Assembly (NCBI RefSeq): GCF_964194155.1
Contig: NC_135896.1
Span: forward strand, 18,538,001 to 18,602,000
Length of the DNA: 64,000 nucleotides
DNA from: Cetorhinus maximus
Lineage: Eukaryota
Reading direction: 5' to 3'
This document shows positions 1-13,110 of the stretch, in pieces. A model generated the notes under the pieces. It had not been told where the DNA came from and did not search any database. It worked only from the letters and a program-made list of their open reading frames with translations. Positions within the stretch are counted from its first letter, which is position 1. Each line of letters begins with the position of its first letter. The position numbers and the translations under genes are program-made.

Positions 1-422
1 TTAGAGGTGTTATCTTTTAGATTGGATGTCAAACTGAGACCCACTCAATTAGTATAAAAGATCCTGTGGCACTATTTTCAAGAGAGCAGGTGAGTTATCC
101 TTAGTTCTGTTGAAGAGTCATGCGGACTTGAAACGTTAACTGTGTTCCTCTCCGCAGATGCTGCCAGACCTGCTGAGTTTTTCCAGGTATTTTTATTTTT
201 GTTCTGAGTTATCCCTGTTGTTTTGGCCAATATTTATCCCTCAATCAACATCACAAAAACAGGTTATCTGGTCATTATCACTTTGCTGTTTGTGGGAGCT
301 TGCTGCATGTAAGTGGGCTGCCACATATTCTGTAATACACTTCAAATGTACTTCATTGGCTGTAAAGTGCTTTGAGACATCCTGTGGATGTGATAAGTGC
401 ATAAAAATGCAAGACTTTTTCT
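1..422 (+). mobile_element. Deu-domain SINE (SacSINE1-like), interrupted by a Penelope-like insertion
   Basis: Deu core gaggtg...aaagatcc.gtggcactattt..agag..cagg...ggccaatatttatccctcaa; L2-like tail aaagtgctttgagac...aaatgcaag. Confidence 0.75.
101..204 (+). mobile_element. Penelope-like element 3' remnant with hammerhead-ribozyme-like motif (103-141)
   Basis: agtt-ctgttga-a-gagtc-atgcg-gactt-gaaacgtt-aact; flanked by 10-bp TSD TGAGTTATCC (91-100, 205-214). Confidence 0.65.
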
Positions 423-583
423 TTGACGCAATTCACTATTTCATTCTTTTCCACTTTCTTTCTTTCATGTCCATGAAAATGGTGCATTTATTTGTGGGGT
501 TTTTTATTCATTCATGGGCTATGTGCTTCGCCAGCTGGGCCAGCATTTATTGACCATCCCTAGTTGCCATTAACAGAGTTAAT

Positions 584-699
584 GGCCAGGATTTTATGGC
601 CCCTTCCCCGCTATGACGGGTCGTAAAATGTGACGAGCCATTTGAAACTCCATCGATTTCGGCGGGAACATAAAATCCCGCTGCCGTAAAACTCCGCTC
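584..699. mobile_element. Short (~120 bp) MITE with Harbinger-like ends
   Basis: TIRs GGCCAGGATTTTA / TAAAACTCCGCTC, perfect AAT TSD (581-583, 700-702); second copy at ~30399. Confidence 0.65.
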
Positions 700-717
700 A
701 ATGTTTCAAGTCTGCAA

Positions 718-860
718 AGCTCTGAAGAAGAGTCATACAGACTAGAAACATTAACTCTGTTTCTCTCTCCACAGACACTGCCAGACCTGCTAAGTTTTTC
801 CAGCATTTTCTGTTTTAATTTCAGATTTCCTGCATCTGCAGCATTTTGCTTTTATTTTAC
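718..860 (+). mobile_element. Penelope-like element 3' remnant
   Basis: ctgaagaagagtcatacagactagaaac...gacctgct.agtttttccagcattttctg...cagcattttgctttta. Confidence 0.65.
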
Positions 861-1597
861 TGTTGCTGTATTTGCTGCTTGTTGATATCAAGTCCTGAAT
901 GGGCAGAAATATCCTCCAGGTCAGCCTCAACAAGTACAAACCCATCTTGTTTGGCTCTCTTGAACACCTATATGCTTTTGGCTGTGACTCCATCATCCTC
1001 TCTCACTTCATGCTCACATTGAACCCAGTGGCAGGCTGCCTAATCCCACTTCTGGAACACTGCCTGCTTACACCCTTACCTCCTCCTCCTTGCTGCTGAA
1101 ACCTTTATCCATCTTTCATCACTTCAAGCATCACTTTTTTAAAAAAATACTCTCTTTGCCAGCTTCCCCACCTTCACAACCTTCATCAATCTGGCTGTCT
1201 CCTACACAAAGTCCCACAGCTCCCATCCTTGCCAAGCGAAGTTCCAAGCAATTCAAATTCAAGTTCCTTCTCATCGTCAAGTCAGTCCATAGCCTTATCC
1301 CATTCTACCTGAAAATCTTCAGATCTATATTGCAGTCTACAACCTCTTCTCCTGAGACTGGGCTATTTCTTGTTCCCAGCTCCCTCCTCTCTACCACCTC
1401 AGAAAGGGGAAATATTTCAGCCACAACCCTATAGCCCTTCGGAATTATCTTCTAAATTATGGCTCTCCTGTCCTTGCAAGTTTCTTGATATGTCATCCTC
1501 CCTGATTGCCATCTTCAGCTGTATCAACAAGAGAGGAAGCTTGGCTTGCTGCTTAGTCCTTGCATCCTCCAGCCTAACTCAATTACTAAAGATGCTT

Positions 1598-2896
1598 TAG
1601 AACCATAGAACCATAGAAAGGTTACAGCACAGAAGGAGGCCATTTGGCCCATCTTGTCCATGCCAGCCCGAGGACACCCAGGTTCCCTTTCTAAACCCAC
1701 CTTCCTGCACCCGGCCCATAGCCCTGCAGCTTTACAGCACTTTAGGTGCAGATCCAGGTACTTTTTAAAAGAGTTTAAAGTTTCTGCCTCTACCACCAAC
1801 TTGGGCATCGAATTCCAGACACCCACTACCCTCTGCGTAAAAAAAGTTCTTCCTCATGTCCCCACTACATTTCTGCCACTTATCTTGAATCTATGTCCCC
1901 TGGTTCTAGAATTCTCCACCAAGGGAAACAATTTTATCCTGTCCACTCTATCTAGTCCCCTCATAATTTTGTACACCTCAATCAAGTCACCTCTCAGCCT
2001 TCTTTGTTCTAAGGAAAATAACCCCAACCTATCCAATCTCTCCTCGTAGCTACACTTTTCTAACCCTGGCAACATTCTTGTAAACCTCCTCTGCACTCTC
2101 TCCAGAGCTATTATGTCCTTCCTGTAATGTGGTGACCAGAACTGCACACAATATTCTAGTTGTGGCCTCACCAGTGTTTTATACAATTCCAACATTATAT
2201 CCTTACTTTTATATTCTATACCTCTGCCAATGAAGGAGAGCATTCCATATGCCTTCTTTACAACCTTGTCTACTTGAACTGCTGCCTTCAGGGACCTGTG
2301 TGCTTGTACGCCAAGATCTCTCACTTCATCTACCCCTCTTAGCATATTCCTATTTATTGTGTAATCCATGCAACTGTTTGACCTCCCTAAATGTATGACC
2401 TCACACTTCTCTACGTTAAAATCCATCTGCCACTTTACCGCCCACTCTACCAACCCATCTATATCGTTTTGGAGATTATGGCTATCCTCTACACTATCTA
2501 CTACTCAGCCAATCTTTGTGTCATCTGCAAATTTCCCAATCATGCCCCCCACATTGACGTCCAAATCATTAATATATAATAAAAACAGCAAGGGTCCCAA
2601 CACCAAGCCCTGTGGAACACCACTTGAGACAACTTTCCATTCGCAAGGGCATCCATTGACCTTTACCCTTTGTTTCCTGTTACAAAGCCAACCTTTTATC
2701 CAGTTTGACACATTATCCTCAATCCCATGAATTTTTACTTTCCTGACCAATCTGCCATGTGGGACCTTGTCAAATGCCTTGCTAAAATCCATGTACACAA
2801 CATCCACCGCACTACCTTCATCAACCCTTCTTGTCACTTCCTCAAAGAATTCAATCAAATTTATGAGGCAAGACCTTCCTTTAACAAACCCATGCT
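1598..2896 (-). mobile_element. 5'-truncated CR1 LINE (reverse transcriptase C-terminal part + 3' UTR)
   Basis: ORFs 2505-2858 (VDVVYMDFSKAFDKVPH..SGVPQG..LFLLYINDL..KFADDTK) and 1854-2453 (LYKTLVRPQLEYCVQFWSP); (TTCTATGG)n tail; possible ATGCTTT TSD. Confidence 0.95.
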
Positions 2897-3108
2897 TTCT
2901 TCCATCTATCTTAGATTTCTCACCTAGCTCACATATATGGTGAAATCATGGGCAGTATGCCTGTGATTTCCTGATTATGCATAGTTGGCAGATGAGGCCA
3001 TTAATTGGGGCCATACATAAAATCATATGGCAGAAAACCTTTTGAGTCCTGTTTCATCCCATTTTGTCACCCTAAATAAACAGGCTGTTTTTTCTTTTAT
3101 TTCCCTAG

Positions 3109-3259
3109 AGTATCAGCTTGCAGGAGTTTGAAGCCTGTGGCATCCCCTTAATGGAGCACACCGCGTGCTTTGTGGCACAAGGCTTGAAGTTTAACAGCCA
3201 CCTGAGGGTATTACGTCTGGATAGTGCCAGTATGAGCGGTCGTCCTCTGATGCTGCTGG
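3109..3259 (+). CDS. PPP1R37: Coding exon (phase 0-1) of PPP1R37/LRRC68-like leucine-rich repeat protein
   Basis: Pyrimidine tract + ttccctag| acceptor, G|gtgagc donor; translates SISLQEFEACGIPLMEHTACFVAQGLKFNSHLRVLRLDSASMSGRPLMLL, matching recalled PPP1R37 segment ...LQYLDARNTPLLDHSAPFVARAL...NASLSGRPLMLL. Confidence 0.9.
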
Positions 3260-3923
3260 GTGAGCTTTTCATCTTGTCCTGCTGTTGCAGGATGAAACGA
3301 TGGGCTGCGTGAGAAGAGGAAACTTTGATCAGGCTGGAAGGAGGGTGCCCACCTGACGTTGGGGTTGGGGCTCTGGCTAAACAGACTATTTACGGAGCTG
3401 GCCTTTAACGTGGGAGCACTTGATATTGATCAGAATGGAAAAATAACCAGTCCTTGCTGTGAGGCTTGGTGGGAGGAAGCTGAGTTGGGGAAGAAATTAC
3501 ACAGAGATGGCTTAGAAATCAAACATATCATTTGGTTTAGCCTTTTGCATTTTTATCATTAAAATATCAATCGGTCAGAACTTCAAGTCAAACCAAATCA
3601 AATCATAAAAACAAAATGATTTCTGTACAAGATGTAAAGAGTAAGTTGAACATTAAGGGGTATAATTAACTCCATTGGCGTGCTACCTAGTGTGCTCACC
3701 TAAAATTCTTTGTGTTATTTTAATGCAATTGTTAACCCTTGGGTTAATGATTCCATTAGACGTATGCAGAAAGGAATTTTATGTGTGTATTATGCAGTGT
3801 ACTATCCAACTGGTTAAACCTCCTGAGATTTGAAGTCAGTGCCCAGACTTTTTGAGAACTCGTCTCCATATTTTGCTAATTTTGTGCAGCTGAATCTGTT
3901 GTTTCCTATCTGACTTCCCACAG

Positions 3924-4079
3924 TTTCTGCCCTGAATGTGAACCAAATGCTACAGGAACTTTACTTGGCAGACAACAACCTGAACAGCGTTCAAGACTCC
4001 ATGAACCTGCGAGAGCTGCTTCAATCTAACTATACCATAAGACTGTTAGACCTTAAAAACAATTGCATCTTAAACACAG
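3924..4079 (+). CDS. PPP1R37: Coding exon (phase 1-1) of PPP1R37-like protein
   Basis: cttcccacag| acceptor, G|gtaaac donor; (V)SALNVNQMLQELYLADNNLNSVQDSMNLRELLQSNYTIRLLDLKNNCILNT(G), an LRR matching PPP1R37 LRELYLADNKLN..QDS; in frame with previous exon. Confidence 0.92.
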
Positions 4080-4344
4080 GTAAACAGGAGTGGTACGCTA
4101 TAAAATAAATCTTAGCAATTGATAAGTGATTCCCCTCTCACCTCACCTCCAAATTCTCCTTCAGTTGCAACTTAACGGGTCGGGTGTTTTTTGTTTGGGG
4201 CAGAAAATTGGCAGGATGGAACTTCTGGCCTCTTTGATTTTGCTTTAAATCGTTTTCCTGGATCGTGGTCATTCGTCATATTGGGTGGCCTTGGGGCAGG
4301 ATTAACACTGCCAATGAGGAGCCGTGGAATTGAGTAACAGGGTC

Positions 4345-4757
4345 AGATGTGGCTCAGTGGGTGGCACTCTCATGTCTGAGTCAGAAGGTCATGGAATCAA
4401 GTCCCTCTCCAGAGAGTTGAGCAGTAAAATTTAGGCTGATGTTCCAGTTAATGAGTGATGTATCGTCAGAGGTGCTATCTTTCAGGTGCGATGTTAAACC
4501 GAGACCCTTTCTGCTCTCTCAGATGGATGTAAAAGATTCCGTGCCACTATCATGAGAAAGAACAGGGGAGTTATTGTGGATGTCCTCGCCAATATTTATC
4601 CCTCAGCCGACATCACAAAAAAAATTATCCGGCCATTATCACATGGTTATTTGTGGGAGCTTGCTGTATGCAAATTAACTGCTGTGTTTCCTACATTACA
4701 ACATTTGCTATAAAGTGCTGTGAATTCCATGAGGTTATGAAAAATGCAACTTTTCTT
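4345..4757 (+). mobile_element. Deu-domain tRNA-derived SINE, near full length
   Basis: tRNA-like head gtggctcagtgggtggcactct..ctgagtcagaagg; Deu core; tail. Confidence 0.8.
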
Positions 4758-5569
4758 TTTAGTTAATGATGCTGCAGCGAGATTTTGATTATAGAAACTT
4801 AGACCTTTTCCCGGCATTGATTGCAGATAGTAGAGCAATTGATCAGGACAAGCAACCAGCACGTTCAGTAATGTACTGAAGTGCCAACCTAGATTATGAG
4901 TTTATGTCTCTGTCCCGGGGCTTGAACTTAAAGCCTCCTGAGTCAGTGATGAGAGCGCTACCACGGAACCAAGGTTAATGGCTCATGCGTTCCTTCCCTT
5001 GGTACTTTAGCATTGTTACTTCACCCCTTTCCCTTGGTGCATTTATGCTGTGTCTATATTTGTATTTTCCAATGGGTGGAAATGCTAACATTCACTAACT
5101 GCGGCATATTAGTTAACATGCTTGTATAAAACTCCTGGGAGGAATATATGCCTGTGATGCCTGATCCCTCATGGTCTGGTGAGACCTGTGTAGCAGCCAG
5201 CATTTTGTCTTTATCCTCCTGAATCAGGATCTTTCAAGATCTCTAATTTGAAGCTGGGAATAACACAATTGGAAGCTTGTTACGAGCACGTAAAGCAAAT
5301 GTTAATGAAACAAAGCTTCAAAATCATGGGGCCAAAGCACTGCTGGAAGGGGTGACTGATCAGCCCATCCCACTGCTCACTCACTCAAAATGGACCCTTT
5401 GCAATTTTTGTGGAAGTATCCCCTACGTAATCTCTACATTTTGTATATTCACGCACTAAAATCTCACAGTCACATAGAACTGAGCGTCAGGGCATGTTGT
5501 ACAAGGTTTGAAAACACCATAAAGATTACGACTCAGTTAAGAGGGTTGACTAGTCAAATCTATTTCTAG

Positions 5570-5682
5570 GACTGCAAGATATCTGTGAAGGTCTTAGAAG
5601 ACAGAAGCAAGGACTGAAAACGCTTATACTTTGGAACAACAAACTGACACATGTAGGGATGAGTCACCTAGCTGCCATTCTA
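5570..5682 (+). CDS. PPP1R37: Coding exon (phase 1-0) of PPP1R37-like protein
   Basis: tatttctag| acceptor, |gtaagt donor; (G)LQDICEGLRRQKQGLKTLILWNNKLTHVGMSHLAAIL matches PPP1R37 ICEGLKEQRKGL.TLVLWNNQLTH.GM. Confidence 0.92.
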
Positions 5683-5961
5683 GTAAGTTATTCAGTTTAA
5701 TAATAACAGTGATAATTTGCATGTATATAGCCAGTATATGGCAGATCAGTTTTTGGTAAAGTTGCTTGGTGTGGTTTGAATTTTGAACTCTGAATTTAAG
5801 TCTCAGGATTACCTTAAACCAAACCCATCATGGTGATGAAGAGATTTATATCAATTGCTCTATTTGTATTTGTTCTCACGGATAAAGGAGATATGACAGA
5901 GCATCAGAGGACAAGCACTGAGTGGTGGTATATAATGAAGATAAGCACAAAGGAAGGTGAC

Positions 5962-7172
5962 TTCCTTTCATTCATCATGGGATGTGGGCGAAGCTGGATA
6001 GGCCAACATTCATTGCCCATTCCTAATTGCCCTTGAAAAGGTGATGGTGAGCTGCCTTCTTGAACTGTTGCAGTCCACATGGTGTAGGTACACCCACAGT
6101 GCTGTTAGGGAGGGAATTCCAGGATTTTGACCCAGCAACAGTGAAGGAACGGCGATATATTTCCAAGTCAGGATGGTGAGTGACTTGGAGGGGAACTTCC
6201 AGGTAGTGCTGTCCCCATGTGTCTCCTGCCCTTTTCCTTCTAGATGGTAGTGATCATGGGTTTGGAAGATGCTGTCGAAGGAGGCTTGGTGAGTTCCTGC
6301 AGTGCATCTTGTAGATGGTACACACTGCTGTCACTGTGCATCGGTGGTGGAGGGAGTGAATGTTTGTGGATGGGGTGCCAATCAAGTGGGCTGCTTTGTC
6401 CTGGATGGTGTCAAGCTTCTTGAGTGTTGTGGGAGCTGTACTCAGCCAGACAAGTGGGAAGTATTCCATCATATTCCTGACTTGTCCCTTGTAGATGCTG
6501 GACAGGCTTCGGGAATTCGGGAAGTGAGTTCCTCACCACAGGATTCCTAGTCTCTGACTTGCTGTTGTAGCCACAGTATTTATATGACTAGTCCATTCAG
6601 TTTCTGGTCTATGGTAACCCGCAGGATATTGATAGTGGGGGATTCAGCAATGGTAATTCTATTGAATGTCAAGGGGTGATGTTTAGATTCTCTCTTGTTG
6701 GAGATGCTAATTACCTGGCACTTTTGTGGCACGAATGTTATTTGCCACTTATCAGCTCAAGCCTGGATATTGTCCCGGTCTTGCTGCATTTGGACATGGA
6801 CTGCTTCAGTATCTGAGAAGTTATGAATGGTGCTGAGCATTGTGCAATCAATAGCAAACATCCTCATTTCTGACCTTATTGTGGAGGGAAGGTCATTGAT
6901 GAAGCAGTTGAAGATGGTTGGCCCTTGGATACTAACCTGAGGAACCCTTGCAACAATATCCCAGGACTGAGATGATTGACTTCCAACAACCACAACCATC
7001 TTCCTTTGTGCTAGGTATGACACCAACTGGTGGAGAGTTTCCCCCTAATTCCGATTGGCTCCAGTTTTGCTAGGGCTCCTAGATGCTGCACTCGGTCATA
7101 TGCTGCCTTGATTTCAAGGGCATTCACTGTCACCTCACCTCTTGAGTTCAGCTCTTTTGTCCATATTTCAAC
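5962..7172 (-). mobile_element. CR1-clade LINE fragment (second family), 3' part
   Basis: RT remnants VPQ.SI.GPTIFNCFINDLPS and EY.PL.W...PTTLKKLDTIQDKAAHLI; 3' tail cccacatccc.tgaatgaa. Confidence 0.85.
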
Positions 7173-7455
7173 TAAGAGCGAGGTTTCGGGCTCCTAAATA
7201 TCAGGGTTTGAAATCAAAAAGCTGCTTCATAGTCATTGTTCCTTAGTGAATCCTCAAATTGTGCGATTGTAAACTCTCAATTTTTCTAAAAATTAATTTG
7301 AGGGTTTTTGTTTACATTAACGTCTAGTTGATCACCTTTGTGACAAGATGACCTTGCTTTGACAGCATTCACATCAGCCTCCCTCTTTCTTGCATTGAAC
7401 CCCACTGAGGTAGATAATGCAGCACAAATAACTTTGAAAACATAAAATTCACAAT

Positions 7456-8205
7456 GGCCCAAAAATTCCTGTAACTAGTGAATGATTGGCACCCATCAAT
7501 AGTTAAACTTGCCTTTGTTAGTTGAATCTCCATAATATTTTATTTGTCTCATTGCTGAAAGTGAGAGATGGAAACAGTACAGCCCCCTTTACAGGGCATC
7601 TGGAATCTGAGTAAATAGAGTGAACACATCTCAAGTATCTCCTTAACCAATCAGATTGAAGGTTTGTGAAATGAATAGTGCAAGGTCTGCATAATGATAT
7701 GTAAGTTGGAATGGCGTGTATTCAATATCAAATCAGGTATAGAAAGAAAAATAAAAAGAGGGAAAGACAGATTAGATTTAAGAGAGGAAAAAAGAGACAA
7801 AAAGTACTTCAATTTGTAATCATTAATTTTCAGTGCCAGAGAGATTTACCTGCTATAATTAACACTTAACACAGTTAAAAAGGGACGAGACTTGAAAACT
7901 GCTGATGCTAAGTTACTGTGGCAAGTTTACTTTGTATCTACAGTCAAATACAGGAACTTCATGACTTTCAATGCATTTGAATGGGAGACAGAGGGCAAGG
8001 TGCCAGTTTTGCAAATCTGACAGTGAAGAGGTGCATTTCCAACAGCGACTTCTTGAATTCCAGGCCTAATCACAAACCTGCCCTCGCCTGAAGTTGCTGT
8101 GGCATTTTCACTTAAATAGCACTGCTGGCTATTAGCCTCACTATTATTTTGACAGCAATGTTTGGGCTTTTGATTCAGAAACGTAGGAGTCCTAGCAATC
8201 AATTT
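7456..8205 (+). mobile_element. Old non-autonomous DNA transposon with purine-rich core
   Basis: End GGCCCAAAAATTCC; core ccttaaccaatcag...agaaagaaaaataaaaagagggaaag is the reverse complement of the 18590-18750 region. Confidence 0.5.
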
Positions 8206-11004
8206 TCATTATTTATTTATTAATACGCTCTGAAATCTCTGAAAGTAATAAATCTTTTTACTTATATTTTCACTTAATCATTAAAATAGTTAGCTGCATT
8301 TTTCCTTCATGACATTCTCCAGCTTTATTGAATACCCTTCTATTCATAAACTGTTTATCTCATCCTACTTATTTGCATGTTTCAGCACTGATTCACTCCA
8401 AATCTAGCTAGGATCAAAATCTTCAGAAAGACAAGAACAATGGAGTACAATCAAATGGCAACGTATTCATTCTTCAAATATTTGTACTAAATTTGTTGCA
8501 TTTATTGAATGACTAATTGGACATACACCGATATCCCAATGCCAGTTCTGTAGATTGTAGATATTAGTTTGATCTGCCCATTCCCTACAGCCTGATTGAT
8601 TAATCACACAACCTGCTTGTTTGCAAAAAAATAAAGCCTCTGGTTCTGACCTCATGCAATTAAACAGTAAGTACTGTAATTTTGGTGATATCGCCACTGC
8701 CAGAAAGTAACTCATCAACGATATATTGGAAGTAACCCCTGCTGCTATTCGACATTCATGTAGAATCTCTGACAGTATCCGCTCCTCAGCTAAAAATATT
8801 CATTGATAAGGTAAAAACGACCATGTAATCTGACAATACATAAGGTGGAAGGGAGACAGATTAAAGACCCAGTACTGATTTTTTTTAACATTAAATTGCA
8901 AGGCTTGCACATAGAAACACAAAATAAGAGCAGCCCTCTTCCGTGTGGGTGCCATTTCCCTGTGAAGATTTTGATTAAATAATACATGCCTCATATAAAA
9001 GCGTCAAAGGCCAACCTTGTACTATGTGATTAGGAGAGATAAGCAGACATTCTTAAAGCTGTGATTATTGTAATTAGCTCGCAGTGTCAATTGAGTTCAA
9101 ACGATGACACTTGTAAAGTGTTACCAAGGCATTTATTATCCTTATAAACAGTTATGCCTCCTGCTTCTAGTGCAAAAGCCAGACAAGGCTCTTCGTATTA
9201 TTAAAGAATCCTTTTTTTAAGCAAGGATATATTTATTTCATATCATTTTTTCTAATAATGTTTCTTCAGTCTTAATAGGGGCTGAAAGGACTCGCCCCAA
9301 CCTGTTCATCTCTCTGTGTGCTGAGACTGATATTAGCCTTAATAACTCGCCTACACGTGTGAAATTTAGAAAGCTATTAACAATAATAAGAATGCAATAA
9401 AGGCAAAAGTATGATAAAGTCAAAAGGTAAGGAAAAATATCAGTTCCTTACACTTGAGCACATTGAGAACAGGAAAAAAAATACTTGCATTTCTTTAGCA
9501 CTTTAACCACATTGTCAAAATATCTCAAAGTGCTTTTCTGGAATTACTTTATTTCTTGATATGTAGACTAATTCACTGGTTGCTGCAGAAAAATCATTGT
9601 TATTCTGCAGAGTTAAAAATACAGAAATAACTTTGTTCTGGGAGTCCAGTTTAATACCTGACACACTGACAGTAGGACAATTGATGTTGCAGCACATGTG
9701 ACATCTAGTCTAGTGTTGCGATCACTTACAAACATCACTCTAGATTCACAGTCCAGATTTCCAGGTGCAATATGTATAAGAATGTATTAAGCAAGACTGG
9801 TTCATACCCACATGAAGTCTGCTCCTTTTAATGTACCAGGTATTATTTACACTGACTTGGTTTTTCCATCATTTCAGGTAGTTTTTGTTTGCATTTACTC
9901 TGTTTCAAGGAAAGCGAAAATTTCTTTCCTCTGGTTGGGGACAATTTAAGTCATCTCTAAGAAAATGTAGAACGAAGTTACGAGAAATGTCTTTATGCAG
10001 AGTTTTTGGAAGATGCCATAACGAGCGGATGACTGAGACACCACTGCATTTTCAATATAAAGTGAACAAATAGTTGAAGCGGAAGATACAGGGCTCACAA
10101 GAGACAGAGCATGGCAGTGGGATTAATTTTGAATTTCTGTAACAAAGAGTCAGCATAGACATGATGGGCTGAGTGGGCTTTTTCTGTGGTTCTGCAGATA
10201 AATGACCACATGAGTTGCTCTCCAGTTTTTAGTTGGCAAATTGAAAGCCAGTCCCTTTGGAGCTATGATGCTCCCCTGCATAATGGGAAAGACCCGGAAT
10301 CCAAATATGGGACTACCCCCTCCATTTATTTCATAGAAATTGTCACTCTCAATTCCAATCTATATTTTTGTGGTTCCCAGAACCTCATCTCCTTTGCACT
10401 GCGAAGTGTAGCTAGTAGAGGGAGAGAGTGGAGCTAGCATCTGGAAGAGATTTGGTCCCAAAAAGAAGGCCAGTGACCGATTCTGAGAAAATAAATTGGG
10501 CTTGGGTGCTGGGTAAAGAGCATTGGACTGCCTTTTGCCACACCTCCTGTTCCCTTGCTCTAGCTGGCACCCAAGATGTGTCCAAAGTGCTGCAGGTGCC
10601 TGCCAGTTTAATGTTAATTAGGAAACCTCTCCATGATCCCATAGACTCCAGAGTATTGGAGGTTTCTAGCATTTATGATCAAAACCCATAGATTTGCAAG
10701 GCTCTGGGAGCCGGCACTATTTCCGGATCGGGAATCCACACTCGAGGGGACTTAGTCACTTTTTGGGATCTCAACCAGGACAACCCCTTAATGACATGGA
10801 GGCAGATTCTCTGTCCAATTAAGGGCAGCAGGTAGATCCTCGAAGCTGGACGGTCAAACAGAAGCCTTCCAGCTTCAAAGAGGAAGCCTGCAGGAATGAA
10901 TGGTAGGTAACTGTGAGGGCACTTCAACATGGTGCGTGCTCAAAAACCTTTTTTAAAATTTAATTTGCTGCTGCTGCTTGTAGTTACTCCTACCAGGCGA
11001 TCTG

Positions 11005-12072
11005 CTGGTATGTCACACTTGTCTGTCTTGTGCCATCCTCATACATCCACTGTCACTTGTTAGTAACCACTTTGTGATGTCTGTCATCCAGCTACACCTA
11101 GATCGACCCCTCTTTCTGCTGCCCTCCATTTTTCCCTCTAGAAGAGATCTCTGTGGCTTTTCAGCTCTGATCAAAGGGCTGACATTTTCACTTCTGAATG
11201 TCACTTTTTAGAGTTCTGTTTGTTCTCACAATCTCAAGTACCTCATCAGCCGTCTTATGCTCTCTAGCTGGAATTTTTTGCATATGTCTTCGTATCCACG
11301 TTTCAAAGGCCTCCATTTTCTTCCACTGATCTTTATTTGTTGTCCAGGTTTCTGAGCAATACTGGAAAGTGGATAGAGTGTAGCATCTTATGACTTTTTT
11401 CCCTTGTTACAAGCTTGAGTATTCTTGTTGTTAACACATCCTTCATCTTCACAAAATTATTTTTAGCTATCTCAATCCTCCTTCTAATTTCGGCGTTGTG
11501 GCTAGCATCTTCTGTTATCATTTACCCTAAACAGACAAACGTATCTATTTGATCCAGTGTGATACCACCCACTTCAATCTTTATTATAGTTTCTTCTAAT
11601 GGATTCCCTCTAATTACCGTTGCTTTTGTCTTTTTGATGTTTATACTCAATCCGTTTGTTGATTTTACTTGATCTACAATATTTTGTTCTGATTCTGCAA
11701 GTAGCGCTGATTTACCTCAAGTTTGTTATGTTCTTCCCTTCAATGTTTACCCCTGGAAGTACATATAATTCTCTTACTATTTGTTTTGTGTACAGATTGA
11801 AAAATTTTGGTGACAGTACATAGCCTTGTCATACTCCCCTCTTCACTTGAAACATATCTGATTGTCCATCTTCTAGTCTGATGCTCCCTATTTGGTCCCA
11901 CTATAGGCTCTTGATAAATCTCACATCTTTACTCTCAATGTCACGTTTCAACAGCATGTCTATTAGCTTTTGGTGATCAACGTGATTGAAGGCTTTTTCA
12001 TAATCTATCTATATATGTCTTTGTTTACTTCCAGATATTTGTCAAAGATTGTTCTTAGGTTAAATATTCCTG
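11005..12072 (-). mobile_element. RTE-clade LINE fragment
   Basis: EIRRRIEIAKNNF..MKDVL; LEGKMEGSRKRGRSR.SW...I..W; RMAQDR; upstream DYEKAF-like and GV.QG remnants. Confidence 0.75.
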
Positions 12073-12519
12073 GTTAAATATTAATTTAAACATATAGAAA
12101 GTCTGCCAGGGTACTTCTGTTGCAGAGGGGGCAGGTTGGGCGAGCAGGAGGTAGTGGGCAGAATTCCACTACAGGCTTCGCCCACACCCAGGCAGGCAGG
12201 GAAGGCTGGTAGGCCTGCCAGAATCACTGGCACCCCAGCCCGCTACTGGGTGCCCACCTCCAGGCAGTTGAGTTGGCCCCATCGCATTGTGAAACTGGAG
12301 GTCGACAGGAAAATCCCAGGCGACTCCCGTTGCCTACCTATAGCACTGATCCGATTGAACTGCCCTCTCGTTAGGATACTGGGTCCTGAAGTTATCACTC
12401 CAAAATGGCCGTGCCAGGGATGGTGCCAGGAAACTGACAAGCTGGGCCTCACCTGCCTCCACTCCCAATGTCTGCGAGGCCTGAACTTTCTGCCCTGGGT
12501 TTCGGGACTGAGTTCCTTG

Positions 12520-13110
12520 TGGACCAATGTACCAGTGTTATTGGAGTGGGTTTAAACTAACTTGACAGAGGAGGTAATATCAGAGAGGAATACCAAAAAG
12601 GTTTTATCTTCTTGGAAATTTTAGAATACAGAATACTAGGAGAGACAGACAGGATGGGAGTAGCAAAGAGTAAGTTATTAGGTAACTTCAGAGTAAGGGA
12701 GAAAGTAACAAAGTCTAAATTAGGGTTATTGTGCATTTGGGAATGTATGGGAGTGGTAAATAAGATCAGTGAGTTACAGGTGCAGAATGCCACATGGAAA
12801 TATAATGTTGTGGATAACAGAGACCTGGCTCAAAGAGGGGCAGCACTGGGTATTAAATATTCCTGGGTACAAGGAGCTCAAGAAAGATAAGATCGGAAGG
12901 AAAGGGGGACGGGTGGCAGTATTGAGTAAGGAGAACATTGCAGTTCTTGAGAGAAAGGGAATTGGACTAGCATCTGAAAAGGAACAAAGCATAGGGCTAT
13001 GGGGAGAAGGTGGTGTAGTGGCACTAGGTGAATTGCTCTTTTGGAGAGCCAATGCAGACACAATTATCCAAAATGTCCTCCTTCTGTACTGTAACCATGT
13101 TGTGATTCTG
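12520..13110 (+). mobile_element. Internally deleted CR1 LINE (ORF1 end/ORF2 endonuclease start joined to a CR1 3' tail)
   Basis: VVNKISEL, ITETWL..G..WVLNIPGY, GRKGGRVAVL (APE endonuclease start), then gggctatggggagaagg...ctccttctgtactgtaac tail. Confidence 0.65.

Noticed and set aside
3260-3312. Read-through of ORF 3118-3312 past the exon
   Set aside because: Similarity to PPP1R37 stops at the GT donor at 3260; the remainder is intron.
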